Below, piece by piece: positions 1-9,618 of a stretch of 64,000 nt of DNA. The notes beneath the pieces were generated by a model. The model searched no databases and was not told where the DNA came from. It saw only the letters and a program-made list of their open reading frames with translations. The position numbers were made by a program, and so were the translations under genes. Numbering within the stretch: position 1 is the first letter of the stretch; every line of letters begins with the position of its first letter. Source of the stretch: Candidatus Eiseniibacteriota bacterium (GTDB lineage: Bacteria; Eisenbacteria; RBG-16-71-46); assembly GCA_963744995.1 (NCBI GenBank), contig CAVUWA010000009.1, positions 388,392-452,391 on the forward strand, given 5' to 3'.

Positions 1-168
1 GAGGTGCTCGAAGTCAACGCAGCGCTGGGCGACAACCCCGGGCTGGTCAATCAGGAACCGTTCGGCGAAGGCTGGCTGGTGCGCCTGAAGCCGACCACGG
101 CCGGTGAATTCGAGAAGCTGATGACCAGCGTCGACTACGAAAAGCTGGTCGAGGAGCAGCACACGTGA
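1..168 (+). CDS. gcvH: Glycine cleavage system H protein, C-terminal fragment; gene starts upstream of window
   Basis: Translation EVLEVNAALGDNPGLVNQEPFGEGWLVRLKP...EKLVEEQHT matches the conserved GcvH C-terminus (PELVNxDPYGxGW). Followed directly by gcvPA and gcvPB. Confidence 0.8.
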   Translation, partial: EVLEVNAALGDNPGLVNQEPFGEGWLVRLKPTTAGEFEKLMTSVDYEKLVEEQHT

Positions 169-1517
169 GCCACATCGGACTGACCCCGCGCGAAGAGCGC
201 CGCATGCTGGACGACATCGGGGTCGCCTCGTTCGACGAGCTGCTCGAGGCGGTGCCGCAGAAGGCGCGGCTCGCCCGGCCGCTCGCGATCGACGGCCCGC
301 TGTCCGAGATCGAGTTGCGCCGGCGCTTCGGTGCCTGGGCCGCTGCGAACGATGCCGCCACGGCGGTGTCGTTCATGGGCGGCGGCCTCTACGATCACTA
401 CATTCCGGCCGCCGTGAATGCGGTCGCGTCACGCTCCGAGTTCGTCACGGCCTATACCCCCTACCAGCCGGAGGTGGCGCAGGGCTCGCTCACCGCGATC
501 TTCGAGTTTCAGAGCATGATCGCCGAGCTCACCGGAATGGACGTGGCCAACGCCTCCATGTACGACGGTGCGACGGCTGCGGTGGAAGCCGCGCTGCTCG
601 CGCAGGGCGCCACCCGGCGGGCCCGGGTGGTGGTGGCCGGCGCGCTGCACCCGAACTACCTCGGCGTGCTGCGCACGTACCTCGATGAGGCGCAGATCAC
701 GGTGGTCGCGGAACGCGGCGGTCAGTGCGCGCCCGAGGACCTGAAGGCGGCGCTCGAAGGCGACGTGGCCTGCGTGATCTACCAGCATCCGAATTTCTTC
801 GGCCTGCTCGAGGGTCCGCGCGCGATTCACGCCCTCGCACACGAGGCGGGCGCGCTGGCGGTGGCCGTGTGCGATCCGGTGGCGCTCGCGCTGCTCGAGC
901 CGCCGGGCGCGGGCGATCCGGCTGCGGCCGCGGACATCGCGGTGGGCGAGGGCCAGTGTCTCGGCAACCCGCCGTCGTTCGGCGGTCCGCTGCTGGGCTA
1001 CTTCGCCTGCCGCAAGGCGCTGGTGCGGCGCATGCCCGGACGCATCGCCGGACAGACCGTGGACGTCCACGGCCGGCGCGGCTTCGTCCTCACCCTGCAG
1101 ACCCGCGAGCAGCACATCCGGCGCGAGAAAGCGACGTCGAACATCTGCACCAACCAGGGCCTGATGGCACTGCGCGCGACGATCTACATGGGTCTCATGG
1201 GGCGCGAGGGAATGCGCGAGATGGCGGAGCTCTGCGTGCAGAAGACCCACCATGCCGCGCATGCCGCGGCCGCCCTGCCGGGGTACGCCCTGGCGCACGG
1301 CGGCGCATTCTTCCGCGAGTTCGTGCTCGAGTGCCCCGTGGATGCCGCCCGCGTGTACGAAACCGGACGTGACATGGGCGTGCTGCCGGGCATCGATCTC
1401 GGCCGCTTCGATCCGAGCTGGAAACGCTGGCTGCTGGTGGCGGTCACCGAGCAGCGCGATGCCGCCGACATCGGGCGCTGGCTCGAGGTGCTGCGTCGCG
1501 CGGGAGGCGCCCGATGA
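165..1517 (+). CDS. gcvPA: Glycine dehydrogenase (decarboxylating) subunit 1
   Basis: 450 aa. TAYTPYQPEVAQGSL and FQSMIAELTGMDVANASMYDG motifs. ATGA overlap with gcvH stop, followed by gcvPB. Confidence 0.9.
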   Translation: MSHIGLTPREERRMLDDIGVASFDELLEAVPQKARLARPLAIDGPLSEIELRRRFGAWAAANDAATAVSFMGGGLYDHYIPAAVNAVASRSEFVTAYTPYQPEVAQGSLTAIFEFQSMIAELTGMDVANASMYDGATAAVEAALLAQGATRRARVVVAGALHPNYLGVLRTYLDEAQITVVAERGGQCAPEDLKAALEGDVACVIYQHPNFFGLLEGPRAIHALAHEAGALAVAVCDPVALALLEPPGAGDPAAAADIAVGEGQCLGNPPSFGGPLLGYFACRKALVRRMPGRIAGQTVDVHGRRGFVLTLQTREQHIRREKATSNICTNQGLMALRATIYMGLMGREGMREMAELCVQKTHHAAHAAAALPGYALAHGGAFFREFVLECPVDAARVYETGRDMGVLPGIDLGRFDPSWKRWLLVAVTEQRDAADIGRWLEVLRRAGGAR

Positions 1518-3019
1518 ATCTCGAACGCCGATTGCTGAACGAACAGGGCGGCGAGGGCCACCGGGGTCCGGCGCTGCCCGCATGCGACGTCCCGACCCGC
1601 CCGCTCGAGGAGCTGCTCCCGGGCGCGACGCTGCGCGGGGCGCTCGACTTTCCGCGCGTCAGCGAGCCCGAGGTCGTGCGGCATTTCATCGAACTGTCCA
1701 CGCTCAACCACCACATCGACCGCGGCTTCTACCCGCTCGGCTCGTGCACGATGAAGCACAATCCGAAGATCAACGACGAGCTGGCTGCGCTGCCGGGCTT
1801 CGCCCTCGCCCACCCGCTCGGCGATGACGCCTCGAATCAGGGCGCGCTCGCGGTGATCCACGAGCTGCAGAAGACGCTCGCCGAGATCACCGGCTTCCAC
1901 GCCGTGACCACACAGCCCGCCGCCGGCGCGCAGGGCGAGTTGACCGGGCTGCTGATGATCCGCGCCTGGCACCGCTCGCGCGGGGAAGGGGACCAGCGCC
2001 GGGTGGTGATCGTGCCCGACTCGGCGCACGGCACCAATCCCGCGAGCGTGCATCTGGTCGGCTACGAGACGGTCACGGTGGCATCCGGTGGACGCGGCAC
2101 GGTGGACCCGCAGGCGCTGCGCGGGGCGCTCGACGATCGCACCGCAGCCGTCATGCTCACGGTGCCCAACACGCTCGGGTTGTTCGAGTCCGGGATCCTC
2201 GACGTGACGGCGCTTGCGCACGAAGCGGGGGCGCAGGTCTACATGGACGGCGCCAACCTGAACGCCCTGGTCGGGCACGTTCGCCCGGGCGATCTCGGTT
2301 TCGACGTCATGCACATCAACGTGCACAAGACGTTCTCGACCCCGCACGGCGGCGGCGGTCCCGGCGCCGGACCGGTCGCGGTGGCGAAGCATCTCGAGCC
2401 GTTCCTGCCGATCCCGGTCGTGGAGGAGCGTGACGGGCGCCTCGCCTTCAGTGAGGACCGGCCGCAGTCGGTCGGTCGGGTGCATGCGTTTCACGGCAAC
2501 TTCGGCATCCTGGTGCGGGCGCTGGCCTACATCCTCGGCTACGGCCCCGCAGGGCTGCGCGACGTCAGCCGTGCGGCGATTCTCAATGCCAACTGGCTGA
2601 TGCGGCGCCTGGCGCGCACCTACGAGCTGCCGCACCGGCAGCATTGCATGCACGAATTCGTGCTTTCGGGACGCGGGCTGCGCAAGTACGGCATCAAGAC
2701 GCTCGACGTGGCGAAACGCTTGCTCGACTTCGGCGTTCACGCGCCGACCGTCTACTTTCCCCTGATCGTCGAGGAAGCGCTGATGATCGAGCCGACCGAG
2801 ACGGAAACGCTCGACCGACTCGAACACTTCGCCGAGGCCATGGAACAGATCGCGCGCGAGGCGGCCGCGAATCCGGAACTGCTCCACTCGGCTCCGCACA
2901 CCACGCCGTCCGGGCGACTCGACGAAGGACGTGCGGCGCGCGAGCTGGTGCTGCGCTGGTCGGGCTCCGCGTCCGCGACGGCGGCACCGTCGCCCACGCA
3001 CGAGTCGGCGACGAGGTGA
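1514..3019 (+). CDS. gcvPB: Glycine dehydrogenase (decarboxylating) subunit 2, with ~40 aa low-complexity C-terminal tail
   Basis: GFYPLGSCTMKHNPKINDE and NVHKTFSTPHGGGGPG (PLP-lysine region) motifs. ATGA overlap with gcvPA. Confidence 0.9.
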   Translation: MNLERRLLNEQGGEGHRGPALPACDVPTRPLEELLPGATLRGALDFPRVSEPEVVRHFIELSTLNHHIDRGFYPLGSCTMKHNPKINDELAALPGFALAHPLGDDASNQGALAVIHELQKTLAEITGFHAVTTQPAAGAQGELTGLLMIRAWHRSRGEGDQRRVVIVPDSAHGTNPASVHLVGYETVTVASGGRGTVDPQALRGALDDRTAAVMLTVPNTLGLFESGILDVTALAHEAGAQVYMDGANLNALVGHVRPGDLGFDVMHINVHKTFSTPHGGGGPGAGPVAVAKHLEPFLPIPVVEERDGRLAFSEDRPQSVGRVHAFHGNFGILVRALAYILGYGPAGLRDVSRAAILNANWLMRRLARTYELPHRQHCMHEFVLSGRGLRKYGIKTLDVAKRLLDFGVHAPTVYFPLIVEEALMIEPTETETLDRLEHFAEAMEQIAREAAANPELLHSAPHTTPSGRLDEGRAARELVLRWSGSASATAAPSPTHESATR

Positions 3020-3498
3020 GGACGGCGCGTGCCATTTCCTCCGCGGAAGCTCCGTCCGCTCCGGGCCCCCTCGCGGGCCGCGCTGCGGTCGAGTGGACGT
3101 GGCAACCGTGGCGGGACCGGCCCGGGCGCGCGGCGCTGGCCGTGGTCGCCGCGTTCGGGCTGTGCGTGCTGGTCCTCAGGTTGACGCTGGCCCCGCTCAC
3201 GGCCCTGCTGCTCTCGATCGTGGTGGTCTCGGCGCTAGCCTCGAGCTTCCTGCCGGCCCGCTGCCGGGTGGACGCGGAAGGGGTGGCGCTGAGGGGCGGC
3301 GGCGGCTGGAGCTCACGGCGCTGGACGGACATCCGTCGCGCCCGCGTCGGCCGGCGCGGACTCTTCGTGTCACCCTTTTCGAGCCGCCGCTGGATGGACG
3401 CGTGGCGCGCGCTGTTCCTGCCCTTTCCCGCCGACCGCGCCGACGACCTGATCCGGGTCGTACAGCGCTACCTGGACGATCGTGACCTCGCGGCCTGA
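3016..3498 (+). CDS. Hypothetical membrane protein with two TM helices, possibly bacterial PH-domain-like
   Basis: GTG at 3016 overlaps the gcvPB stop (GTGA). Hydrophobic segment AALAVVAAFGLCVLVLRLTLAPLTALLLSIVVVSALA. The listed ORF 2644-3498 extends upstream in a frame overlapping gcvPB. Confidence 0.5.
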   Translation: MRTARAISSAEAPSAPGPLAGRAAVEWTWQPWRDRPGRAALAVVAAFGLCVLVLRLTLAPLTALLLSIVVVSALASSFLPARCRVDAEGVALRGGGGWSSRRWTDIRRARVGRRGLFVSPFSSRRWMDAWRALFLPFPADRADDLIRVVQRYLDDRDLAA

Positions 3499-3820
3499 GG
3501 GGATCACCGACGCCGACGAAGCGGTGCTGCGCCGCGTGGCGGCGCGGGTCGTCGAGCTGCGGATGGAAATCCCCGCGATCCTCACGATCGAAGGCGGGCT
3601 GCCGATGTCGGTGGTCGCGGGGCAGACGCTGCACTTTCTCCAGCCCGTGGTGCAGGCGATGTTCCGCCTGCCCGACTACCAGCGCTTCGCCGCGCTGATC
3701 GAGCGTCGCGAGTCGCTCGGGTATCTCGTGTCACTGATCGAAGAGCGAGCCGACGCTGCGCACCGCGAGCGGCGCGAAGCGGACCGCGCGCGCAAGGCGG
3801 CGCGCGCGGCGAGGCACTGA
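3482..3820 (+). CDS. Hypothetical protein (112 aa)
   Basis: GTG start overlaps the previous gene end. Non-repetitive composition. No family recognised. Confidence 0.4.
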   Translation: MTSRPEGITDADEAVLRRVAARVVELRMEIPAILTIEGGLPMSVVAGQTLHFLQPVVQAMFRLPDYQRFAALIERRESLGYLVSLIEERADAAHRERREADRARKAARAARH

Positions 3821-3833
3821 CCGGAAAGGACCG

Positions 3834-5645
3834 ATGGCGATTCGACCCGAGGACATTCACTCGATTCTCGCGACCGACTGCGGCTCGACGACCACCAAGG
3901 CGATCCTGATCGAGCGGCGCGAGGACGGTTACCGGCTGATCGTGCGGGGCGAGGCGCCGACCACGGTCGAAGCGCCGTTCGAGGACGTCACCCGCGGCGT
4001 GCTGAACGCCGTGAAAGAGGTGGAGGAACTGGCCGGACGCCGTCTCCTGGACGGCGAACGCATCATCACGCCGAGAGTCGGCGACGAAGGCGTCGATCTG
4101 TTCGTCTCGACCTCGAGCGCGGGCGGCGGCCTGCAGATGATGGTCTCCGGCCTGGTGCTGCAGATGACCGGCGAGTCCGCGCAGCGCGCGGCGCTCGGCG
4201 CGGGCGCGATCGTGATGGACGTCATCGCGCTCAACGACGGCCGCCGGCCCCACGAGAAGATCCGGCGGCTGCGCCAGCTGCGGCCCGACATGATCCTGCT
4301 CTCGGGTGGCACCGACGGCGGCGACGTCAGGCGCGTCGCCGAAATGGCGGAGATCCTGCTCGCTGCCGACCCGAAGGCGCGCCTCGGCACCGGTTACGAG
4401 CTGCCGGTGATCTACGCGGGGAATTGCGAGGCCGCGGATGTCGTGACCGAAACGCTCGGCAGGAGAACCGCGCTGAGCGTCGTGCCCAATCTGCGCCCGA
4501 CCCTCGAGCGCGAGAACCTGAAGCCCGCCCGCGATGCGATCCACGATCTGTTCATGGAGCACGTGATGGCGCACGCGCCGGGCTACAAGAAGCTCATGAC
4601 GTGGTCGCCGGTGCCGATCATGCCGACGCCGGGCGCCGTCGGGATCATCATCGAGAAGGTGGCGAAGCGCGACCGGCTCGCGGTCGTGGGGGTGGACATC
4701 GGCGGCGCGACGACGGACGTGTTCTCGGTGTTCCAGGAGATCTTCAATCGCACCGTCTCGGCCAACCTGGGCATGAGCTATTCGATCTCGAACGTGATGG
4801 CCGAGGCGGGCATCGAGCGGATCCTGCGCTGGGTGCCGTTCGACGTCGACGAAGGCGAGTTGCGCAACCGGATCAAGAACAAGATGATCCGACCGACGAC
4901 GATTCCGCAGGAACTCAGCGATCTGGTGATCGAGCAGGCGATCGCGCGGGAAGCGCTGCGGCTCGCGTTCGAGCAGCACAAGGCGCTCGCGGTGGGCCTC
5001 AAGGGCGTGCAGACCGAACGCACGATCTCCGACATCATGGCGCAGACGGAATCGGGATCCTCGCTGGTCAATCTGCTGGACCTCGGCCTGCTGGTCGGCT
5101 CGGGCGGAGTCCTGTCGCACGCGCCGCGAAGGGTGCAGGCGGCGCTGATGATGATCGATGCGTTCCTGCCGGAAGGACTCACGCACCTCGCCGTCGACAG
5201 CATCTTCATGGCGCCGCAGCTCGGCGTGCTTTCGAGCGTGCACGAGGAAGCGGCGACGCAGGTGTTCGAGCGCGACTGTCTCGTGCGGCTCGGCGCGGTG
5301 CTGGCGCCGATCGGCACGAGCAGAGTCGGCCAGCCCTGCGTGCGGGTGGAGCTCACCCGCAGCGACGGACAGAAGCTGGCCCGTGAGGTGGCGTTCGGGG
5401 ACCTGCTGCTCATGCCGCTGCCCAGGGACGGCGAGGTCGAGATGACGGCCACGCCGGAGCGCGGGTTCGACCTCGGCGAGGGCAAGGGACACCCGATCCG
5501 CGCCAGCGTGCGCGGCGGCGTCGTGGGTTTCATCGTCGACGCGCGCGGGCGCCGGCCCTTCGAGATCCCGTCGGATCCCGCGATCCGCATCGAGCGTCTG
5601 GGTGCCTGGAACCGGGCCCTCGGCGTGTACCCGGAGGACGTCTAG
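3834..5645 (+). CDS. ASKHA-fold ATPase of the glutamate-mutase-L (GlmL/MutL)-like family
   Basis: N-terminal DCGSTTTKA phosphate-1 motif, a second glycine-rich segment VVGVDIGGATTDVF, and GGTDGGD. Family assignment is from memory of the motif pattern. Confidence 0.65.
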   Translation: MAIRPEDIHSILATDCGSTTTKAILIERREDGYRLIVRGEAPTTVEAPFEDVTRGVLNAVKEVEELAGRRLLDGERIITPRVGDEGVDLFVSTSSAGGGLQMMVSGLVLQMTGESAQRAALGAGAIVMDVIALNDGRRPHEKIRRLRQLRPDMILLSGGTDGGDVRRVAEMAEILLAADPKARLGTGYELPVIYAGNCEAADVVTETLGRRTALSVVPNLRPTLERENLKPARDAIHDLFMEHVMAHAPGYKKLMTWSPVPIMPTPGAVGIIIEKVAKRDRLAVVGVDIGGATTDVFSVFQEIFNRTVSANLGMSYSISNVMAEAGIERILRWVPFDVDEGELRNRIKNKMIRPTTIPQELSDLVIEQAIAREALRLAFEQHKALAVGLKGVQTERTISDIMAQTESGSSLVNLLDLGLLVGSGGVLSHAPRRVQAALMMIDAFLPEGLTHLAVDSIFMAPQLGVLSSVHEEAATQVFERDCLVRLGAVLAPIGTSRVGQPCVRVELTRSDGQKLAREVAFGDLLLMPLPRDGEVEMTATPERGFDLGEGKGHPIRASVRGGVVGFIVDARGRRPFEIPSDPAIRIERLGAWNRALGVYPEDV

Positions 5646-6770
5646 ATGGCCCACGCCTACACCCCCGGCCTGCGCGTCACCCCGTACGCGATCCTCACCC
5701 GCGAACGCCGGCTGCCGCTCAAAGGCGAGGTGCTGGTCCGTAACGGTGATGCCGTGGAAGCGGACACGGTGGTCGCGCGCTGCGAGCTGCCGGGCAACGT
5801 GCAGACGGTGAACCTCGCGTCGAAGCTGGCGCTGGACCCGGCGCGCGCCCCGCAGTCGCTGCGCATCCCGCTGGGCTCGACCTGCCGCAAGGGCGATGTG
5901 ATCGCCGCGGCCTCTTCGATGTTCGGCCTGTTTCGCAACAAGGTCACCGCGCCGGCCGACGGCACCATCGAGAGCGTCTCCAGCGTGACCGGGCAGCTGA
6001 TCCTGCGCGAACGGCCGATCCCGGTCGAGGTCGACGCCTTCGTGCACGGCGTGGTCGCGGACACGATCCCCGGTGAAGGCGTCATCGTCGAGACGCGCGG
6101 GGCCTTCCTGCAGGGGATCTTCGGCGTGGGCGGCGAGACGTTCGGCGAGATCGCGATCGCGGCCGAATCCGCCGACGACGTTCTCGAGGCCGCGGCGCTC
6201 GACGCGTCGCACCGCGGCAAGGTGGTCGTCGGCGGCGCATACGTGTCGCACGCGGTGCTCATGCGCGCGAAGGAACTGGGCGTGGCCGCGGTGGTGGTCG
6301 GCGGCTTCGACGACCGCGATCTGCGCATGCTGCTCGGGCGCGATCTGGGCGTCGCCATCACCGGTTCCGAAGAGCTCGGGCTGACGCTCATCCTCACCGA
6401 AGGGTTCGGCCACATCCGCATGGCGGAGCGCACCTGGAAGCTGCTCGGCGAGAACGCCGGGCGCAAGGCTTCGGTCAGCGGCGCGACGCAGATCCGGGCC
6501 GGGGTGATGCGGCCCGAAATCCTCATCCCTCAGGAGAAGACCGCATTCCAGCCGGCGCGCGAGGCCGGAGAGCAGGGCCTCGACATCGGCACGCAGCTGC
6601 GGGTGATCCGCCAGCCGCACTTCGGCCGCATCGGCCGTGTGCTCGAGCTGCCGCCCGAGTTGCGTGCGCTGGAGAGCGAGGCCCGAGTACGGGTGCTGGT
6701 GGTCGAGTTCGACGACGACCACAGCCACGCCACGATCCCGCGTGCCAACGTCGAGATCATCGCGCGCTGA
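5646..6770 (+). CDS. Hypothetical protein, probably co-transcribed with the upstream ASKHA ATPase
   Basis: Starts 1 nt after the upstream stop. N-terminal hybrid-barrel-like segment GEVLVRNGDAVEADTVVARCELPG, Gly/Ala/Val-rich central region, and KOW-like C-terminus QLRVIRQPHFGRIGRVLEL. No family recognised. Confidence 0.6.
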   Translation: MAHAYTPGLRVTPYAILTRERRLPLKGEVLVRNGDAVEADTVVARCELPGNVQTVNLASKLALDPARAPQSLRIPLGSTCRKGDVIAAASSMFGLFRNKVTAPADGTIESVSSVTGQLILRERPIPVEVDAFVHGVVADTIPGEGVIVETRGAFLQGIFGVGGETFGEIAIAAESADDVLEAAALDASHRGKVVVGGAYVSHAVLMRAKELGVAAVVVGGFDDRDLRMLLGRDLGVAITGSEELGLTLILTEGFGHIRMAERTWKLLGENAGRKASVSGATQIRAGVMRPEILIPQEKTAFQPAREAGEQGLDIGTQLRVIRQPHFGRIGRVLELPPELRALESEARVRVLVVEFDDDHSHATIPRANVEIIAR

Positions 6771-6806
6771 GGCGCGCGCCGCGGCGCGGGCGAGGATCCA
6801 AAGTCG

Positions 6807-6835
6807 TTGACACCCATGCGCTTCGATGGTTAGCT
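6807..6835 (+). promoter_or_regulatory. Candidate sigma70 promoter (TTGACA-N17-TGgTTAGCT) upstream of the membrane-protein cluster
   Basis: Perfect TTGACA at 6807-6812 and an extended -10 TG motif. About 65 nt upstream of the GTG 6901 start. Confidence 0.4.
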
Positions 6836-6900
6836 TCGTCGCGTCGTCACACGGACGTTGCGGCCCCTCGAAAGTCCAGCGGGGCCGAAACCCATGGGGG

Positions 6901-8124
6901 GTGTTCTTGAGCGGAAGAATCGGGCGCTCGACGGGTGCGATCTCGGCCTTGCTGCTTGCGATCCCGCTGCTCTTCACCGCTCAGGCCGCGTGCGCGCAGG
7001 ATTCCGCGACGGGCGCCGCAGCCGCCGATTCGAGTTCGCAGGAGATCGCCCCGCCGCACGGCCTGGTCTGGCACGATCAGAAGAACGACGCCGGGCGCTC
7101 GATCATCCTCGACTGGAAGCCTTCGGCCGACGACGTCAAAGACGGATCCGTGGTCCGCGGCTACCGCATCGAGCGCGCCGAATCTCCCGCCGGTCCGTGG
7201 TCCGTCGTGGATTCGGTGCAGGCCGGCGTCACCAGCCGCACCGATCAGACCGTGCACCGCAACATCGAATACTTCTACCGGGTGATCGCGCTCACCCGGA
7301 ACGGCGACGTGCCCGCTCTCAGCGTGACCGGCCCGGCGATCGCGCGTTCCGAGTGGATCAACAGCGAGCGCTGGAGCGTGCTCGTCTTCACCGTGCTGTT
7401 CTTCGCCTTCGTGCTCTATTACATCGGCAGCGCGCAGGCGGGCAAGAAGCCGTTCGTCCGCCGCATTCCCGGCATCGACGCGATCGAGGAAGCCATCGGC
7501 CGCGCGACCGAAATGGGGCGCTCGGTGCTGTACGTGCCCGGGATCAACGACATCGACGAGATCCAGACGGTTGCGGGGCTGGTGATCCTCGAGAGCGTGG
7601 CGCGCATCACCGCCCGGTACGAGACGCCGATCAAGGTGCCCGTCACCTATCCCATTCCGTTCACGATCGCCCAGGAGATGGTGAAGAGCGGGTACCTGAA
7701 CGCCGGCAAGCCCGACCAGTACGATCCGGACAGCGTGCGCTTCGTGTCACCCGAGCAGTTCGCCTACGTCGCGGCGGTCACCGGCATGATGCTGCGCGAC
7801 AAGCCCGCCGCGCACATCTTCATGGGCGCGTTCTACGCCGAATCGCTGCTGCTCGCGGAGACCGGTTTCGCCACCGGCGCCATCCAGGTCGCCGGCACCG
7901 CGAACGTGGCCCAGCTGCCGTTCTTCGTCGTCGCCTGCGACTACACGCTCATCGGTGAGGAGCTCTATGCGGCGAGCGCGTACCTGTCCGGCGAGCCGAA
8001 GCTGGTCGGCAGCCTCAAGGGCGCGGATCTGATGAAGATCCTGATCATCGTCGTCATCCTCGTGGGCTCCCTGCTCGAGCAATCGGGTGTCACCGCATTC
8101 TCGGTCTGGATGAAGGGCCAGTAG
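6901..8124 (+). CDS. Secreted/membrane protein: signal peptide, FN3-like domain, then polytopic membrane domain (module A)
   Basis: GTG 6901 gives VFLSGRIGRSTGAISALLLAIPLLFTAQAACAQ (signal-like). GYRIERAESPAGPWSVVDSV...YFYRVIALTRNG has an FN3-like pattern. Several C-terminal TM helices. Confidence 0.6.
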   Translation: MFLSGRIGRSTGAISALLLAIPLLFTAQAACAQDSATGAAAADSSSQEIAPPHGLVWHDQKNDAGRSIILDWKPSADDVKDGSVVRGYRIERAESPAGPWSVVDSVQAGVTSRTDQTVHRNIEYFYRVIALTRNGDVPALSVTGPAIARSEWINSERWSVLVFTVLFFAFVLYYIGSAQAGKKPFVRRIPGIDAIEEAIGRATEMGRSVLYVPGINDIDEIQTVAGLVILESVARITARYETPIKVPVTYPIPFTIAQEMVKSGYLNAGKPDQYDPDSVRFVSPEQFAYVAAVTGMMLRDKPAAHIFMGAFYAESLLLAETGFATGAIQVAGTANVAQLPFFVVACDYTLIGEELYAASAYLSGEPKLVGSLKGADLMKILIIVVILVGSLLEQSGVTAFSVWMKGQ

Positions 8125-8134
8125 GAGGGACCCG

Positions 8135-8785
8135 ATGAAACGCGAGCTGCCCCTGTTCATGACGGCCGTCATCGGGCTCTTCATGATCGTGTCGTTCTTC
8201 GTGCCGCATCAGTGGGTGAGCGTGCCCGCGGACTTCCTGCAGGCATCTGCGATCATCGTCGTCGCCTTCGGGTACGTGCTCGGCGGCGCCAACGTGCTGC
8301 GGGTCAACCTCGACGGCATCGCGAAGCGGCAGCGGGACTGGCCGTACAAGGTCGTTCTGCTGGTCGCGCTGATCTCGATGGTGGCGATCGGCGCGTTCGA
8401 GGGCCCGGGCTTCCTCAATCCGGGCATGAAATCGCGCTGGATGTACGATCAGCTCTATTCGCCGATGGCTGCCACGATGTTCGCGCTGCTGGCCTTCTTC
8501 ATCGCCTCGGCGGCCTTTCGCGCGTTCCGCATCCGCACCACCGAGGCTGCGCTGCTCGCGGTTGCGGCGCTGCTGGTCATGCTCGGGCGCGTCCCGATCG
8601 GCAACCTGATGTCGGACTGGCTGCCCGAGCCGATGCGCCTCGCCAGCATTCAGGACTGGATCATGAACTGGCCGCAGAACGCCTCGAAACGCGCGATCCT
8701 GATCGGCGCCGCGCTGGGCGTGATGGCCACCGGACTCCGGGTGATTCTGGGGATCGAACGCTCGTATCTGGGCGGGGAGGACTGA
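8135..8785 (+). CDS. Polytopic membrane protein (module B)
   Basis: 216 aa with 5-6 hydrophobic helices. Resembles the gene at 9615-10298 (MYDQLYSP vs IYPNLYEP). Confidence 0.6.
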   Translation: MKRELPLFMTAVIGLFMIVSFFVPHQWVSVPADFLQASAIIVVAFGYVLGGANVLRVNLDGIAKRQRDWPYKVVLLVALISMVAIGAFEGPGFLNPGMKSRWMYDQLYSPMAATMFALLAFFIASAAFRAFRIRTTEAALLAVAALLVMLGRVPIGNLMSDWLPEPMRLASIQDWIMNWPQNASKRAILIGAALGVMATGLRVILGIERSYLGGED

Positions 8786-9618
8786 TGGCGGGCCTGTGGG
8801 CGTTCCTCGAGCGGCTCGACCGGCGCTGGATCTTTCTGGTGATGGGCATTCTGGTGCTGGTGCCGCTGATCTGGCCGATCTCGCTGCCCCTGAAGGTCAC
8901 GCCGCCGGTGCAGGGGTACGTCGACGCCATCGACGCGCTGCCGGAGGGCTCCACGGTGCTGATGTCCTGCGACTACGACCCCGGCGCGATTCCCGAGCTG
9001 GTGCCGATGACCAAGACCACCTTCCGGCAGCTGCTCAGCAAGAACTGCAAGGTCGTGGTGACCGTGCTGTGGAACGGCGGCCCGGGACTCGTGGACGGCG
9101 TGCTCCAGGAGGTCGCCGCCGAGTTCCCCGACAAGAAGTACGGCGTCGACTACGTCAACCTCGGTTACAAATCGGGCAACGAGGCCGTCATGGTGCTGAT
9201 GGGGCAGGGGGTCGCCAACGCGTTCCCGCGCGACTACCGCGGCAAGGACGTGAAGGACTATCCGATCATGCGGCACGTGACGGACTACTCGTCGTTCCCT
9301 CTGCTGATCAGCCTTTCGGCCGGCTATCCCGGCACCAAGGAGTGGGTGCAGCAGGTGAACACGCGATTCAATCTGCCGATGATCGCCGGAGTCACGGCGG
9401 TGAGCGCCCCGGAGTTCTACCCCTATCTGCAGTCGCATCAGTTGCTCGGCATGCTCGGTGGCATGGCCGGCGCGGCCGAATACGAGAAGGCGCGCGGTGA
9501 GAAAGGGCTGGCCACGAAGGGCATGGACGCCCAGTCGCTCGGCCACCTGTTCGTGGCGCTGTGCATCATCCTCGGCAACCTCATCCAGTGGAACCGCAGG
9601 GGGAGGGTGACCGCGTGA
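8785..9618 (+). CDS. Membrane protein with N-terminal TM helix, a soluble domain and a C-terminal TM helix (module A')
   Basis: ATGA overlap with the previous gene. Segment GYVDAIDALPEGSTVLMSCDYDPGA resembles GIDAIEEAIGRATEMGRSVLYVPGI in the gene at 6901. Confidence 0.6.
   Translation: MAGLWAFLERLDRRWIFLVMGILVLVPLIWPISLPLKVTPPVQGYVDAIDALPEGSTVLMSCDYDPGAIPELVPMTKTTFRQLLSKNCKVVVTVLWNGGPGLVDGVLQEVAAEFPDKKYGVDYVNLGYKSGNEAVMVLMGQGVANAFPRDYRGKDVKDYPIMRHVTDYSSFPLLISLSAGYPGTKEWVQQVNTRFNLPMIAGVTAVSAPEFYPYLQSHQLLGMLGGMAGAAEYEKARGEKGLATKGMDAQSLGHLFVALCIILGNLIQWNRRGRVTA

Noticed and set aside
725-1372. Alternate-frame 215-aa + ORF inside gcvPA and other Arg-rich internal ORFs
   Set aside because: Overlaps a clearly conserved gene; its composition is artefactual.
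3582-6977. 1131-aa reverse-strand ORF spanning several + strand genes
   Set aside because: Arg/Ala/Gly/Pro-rich low-complexity translation typical of antisense shadow ORFs in 70% GC DNA. The + strand genes here have clear family motifs.
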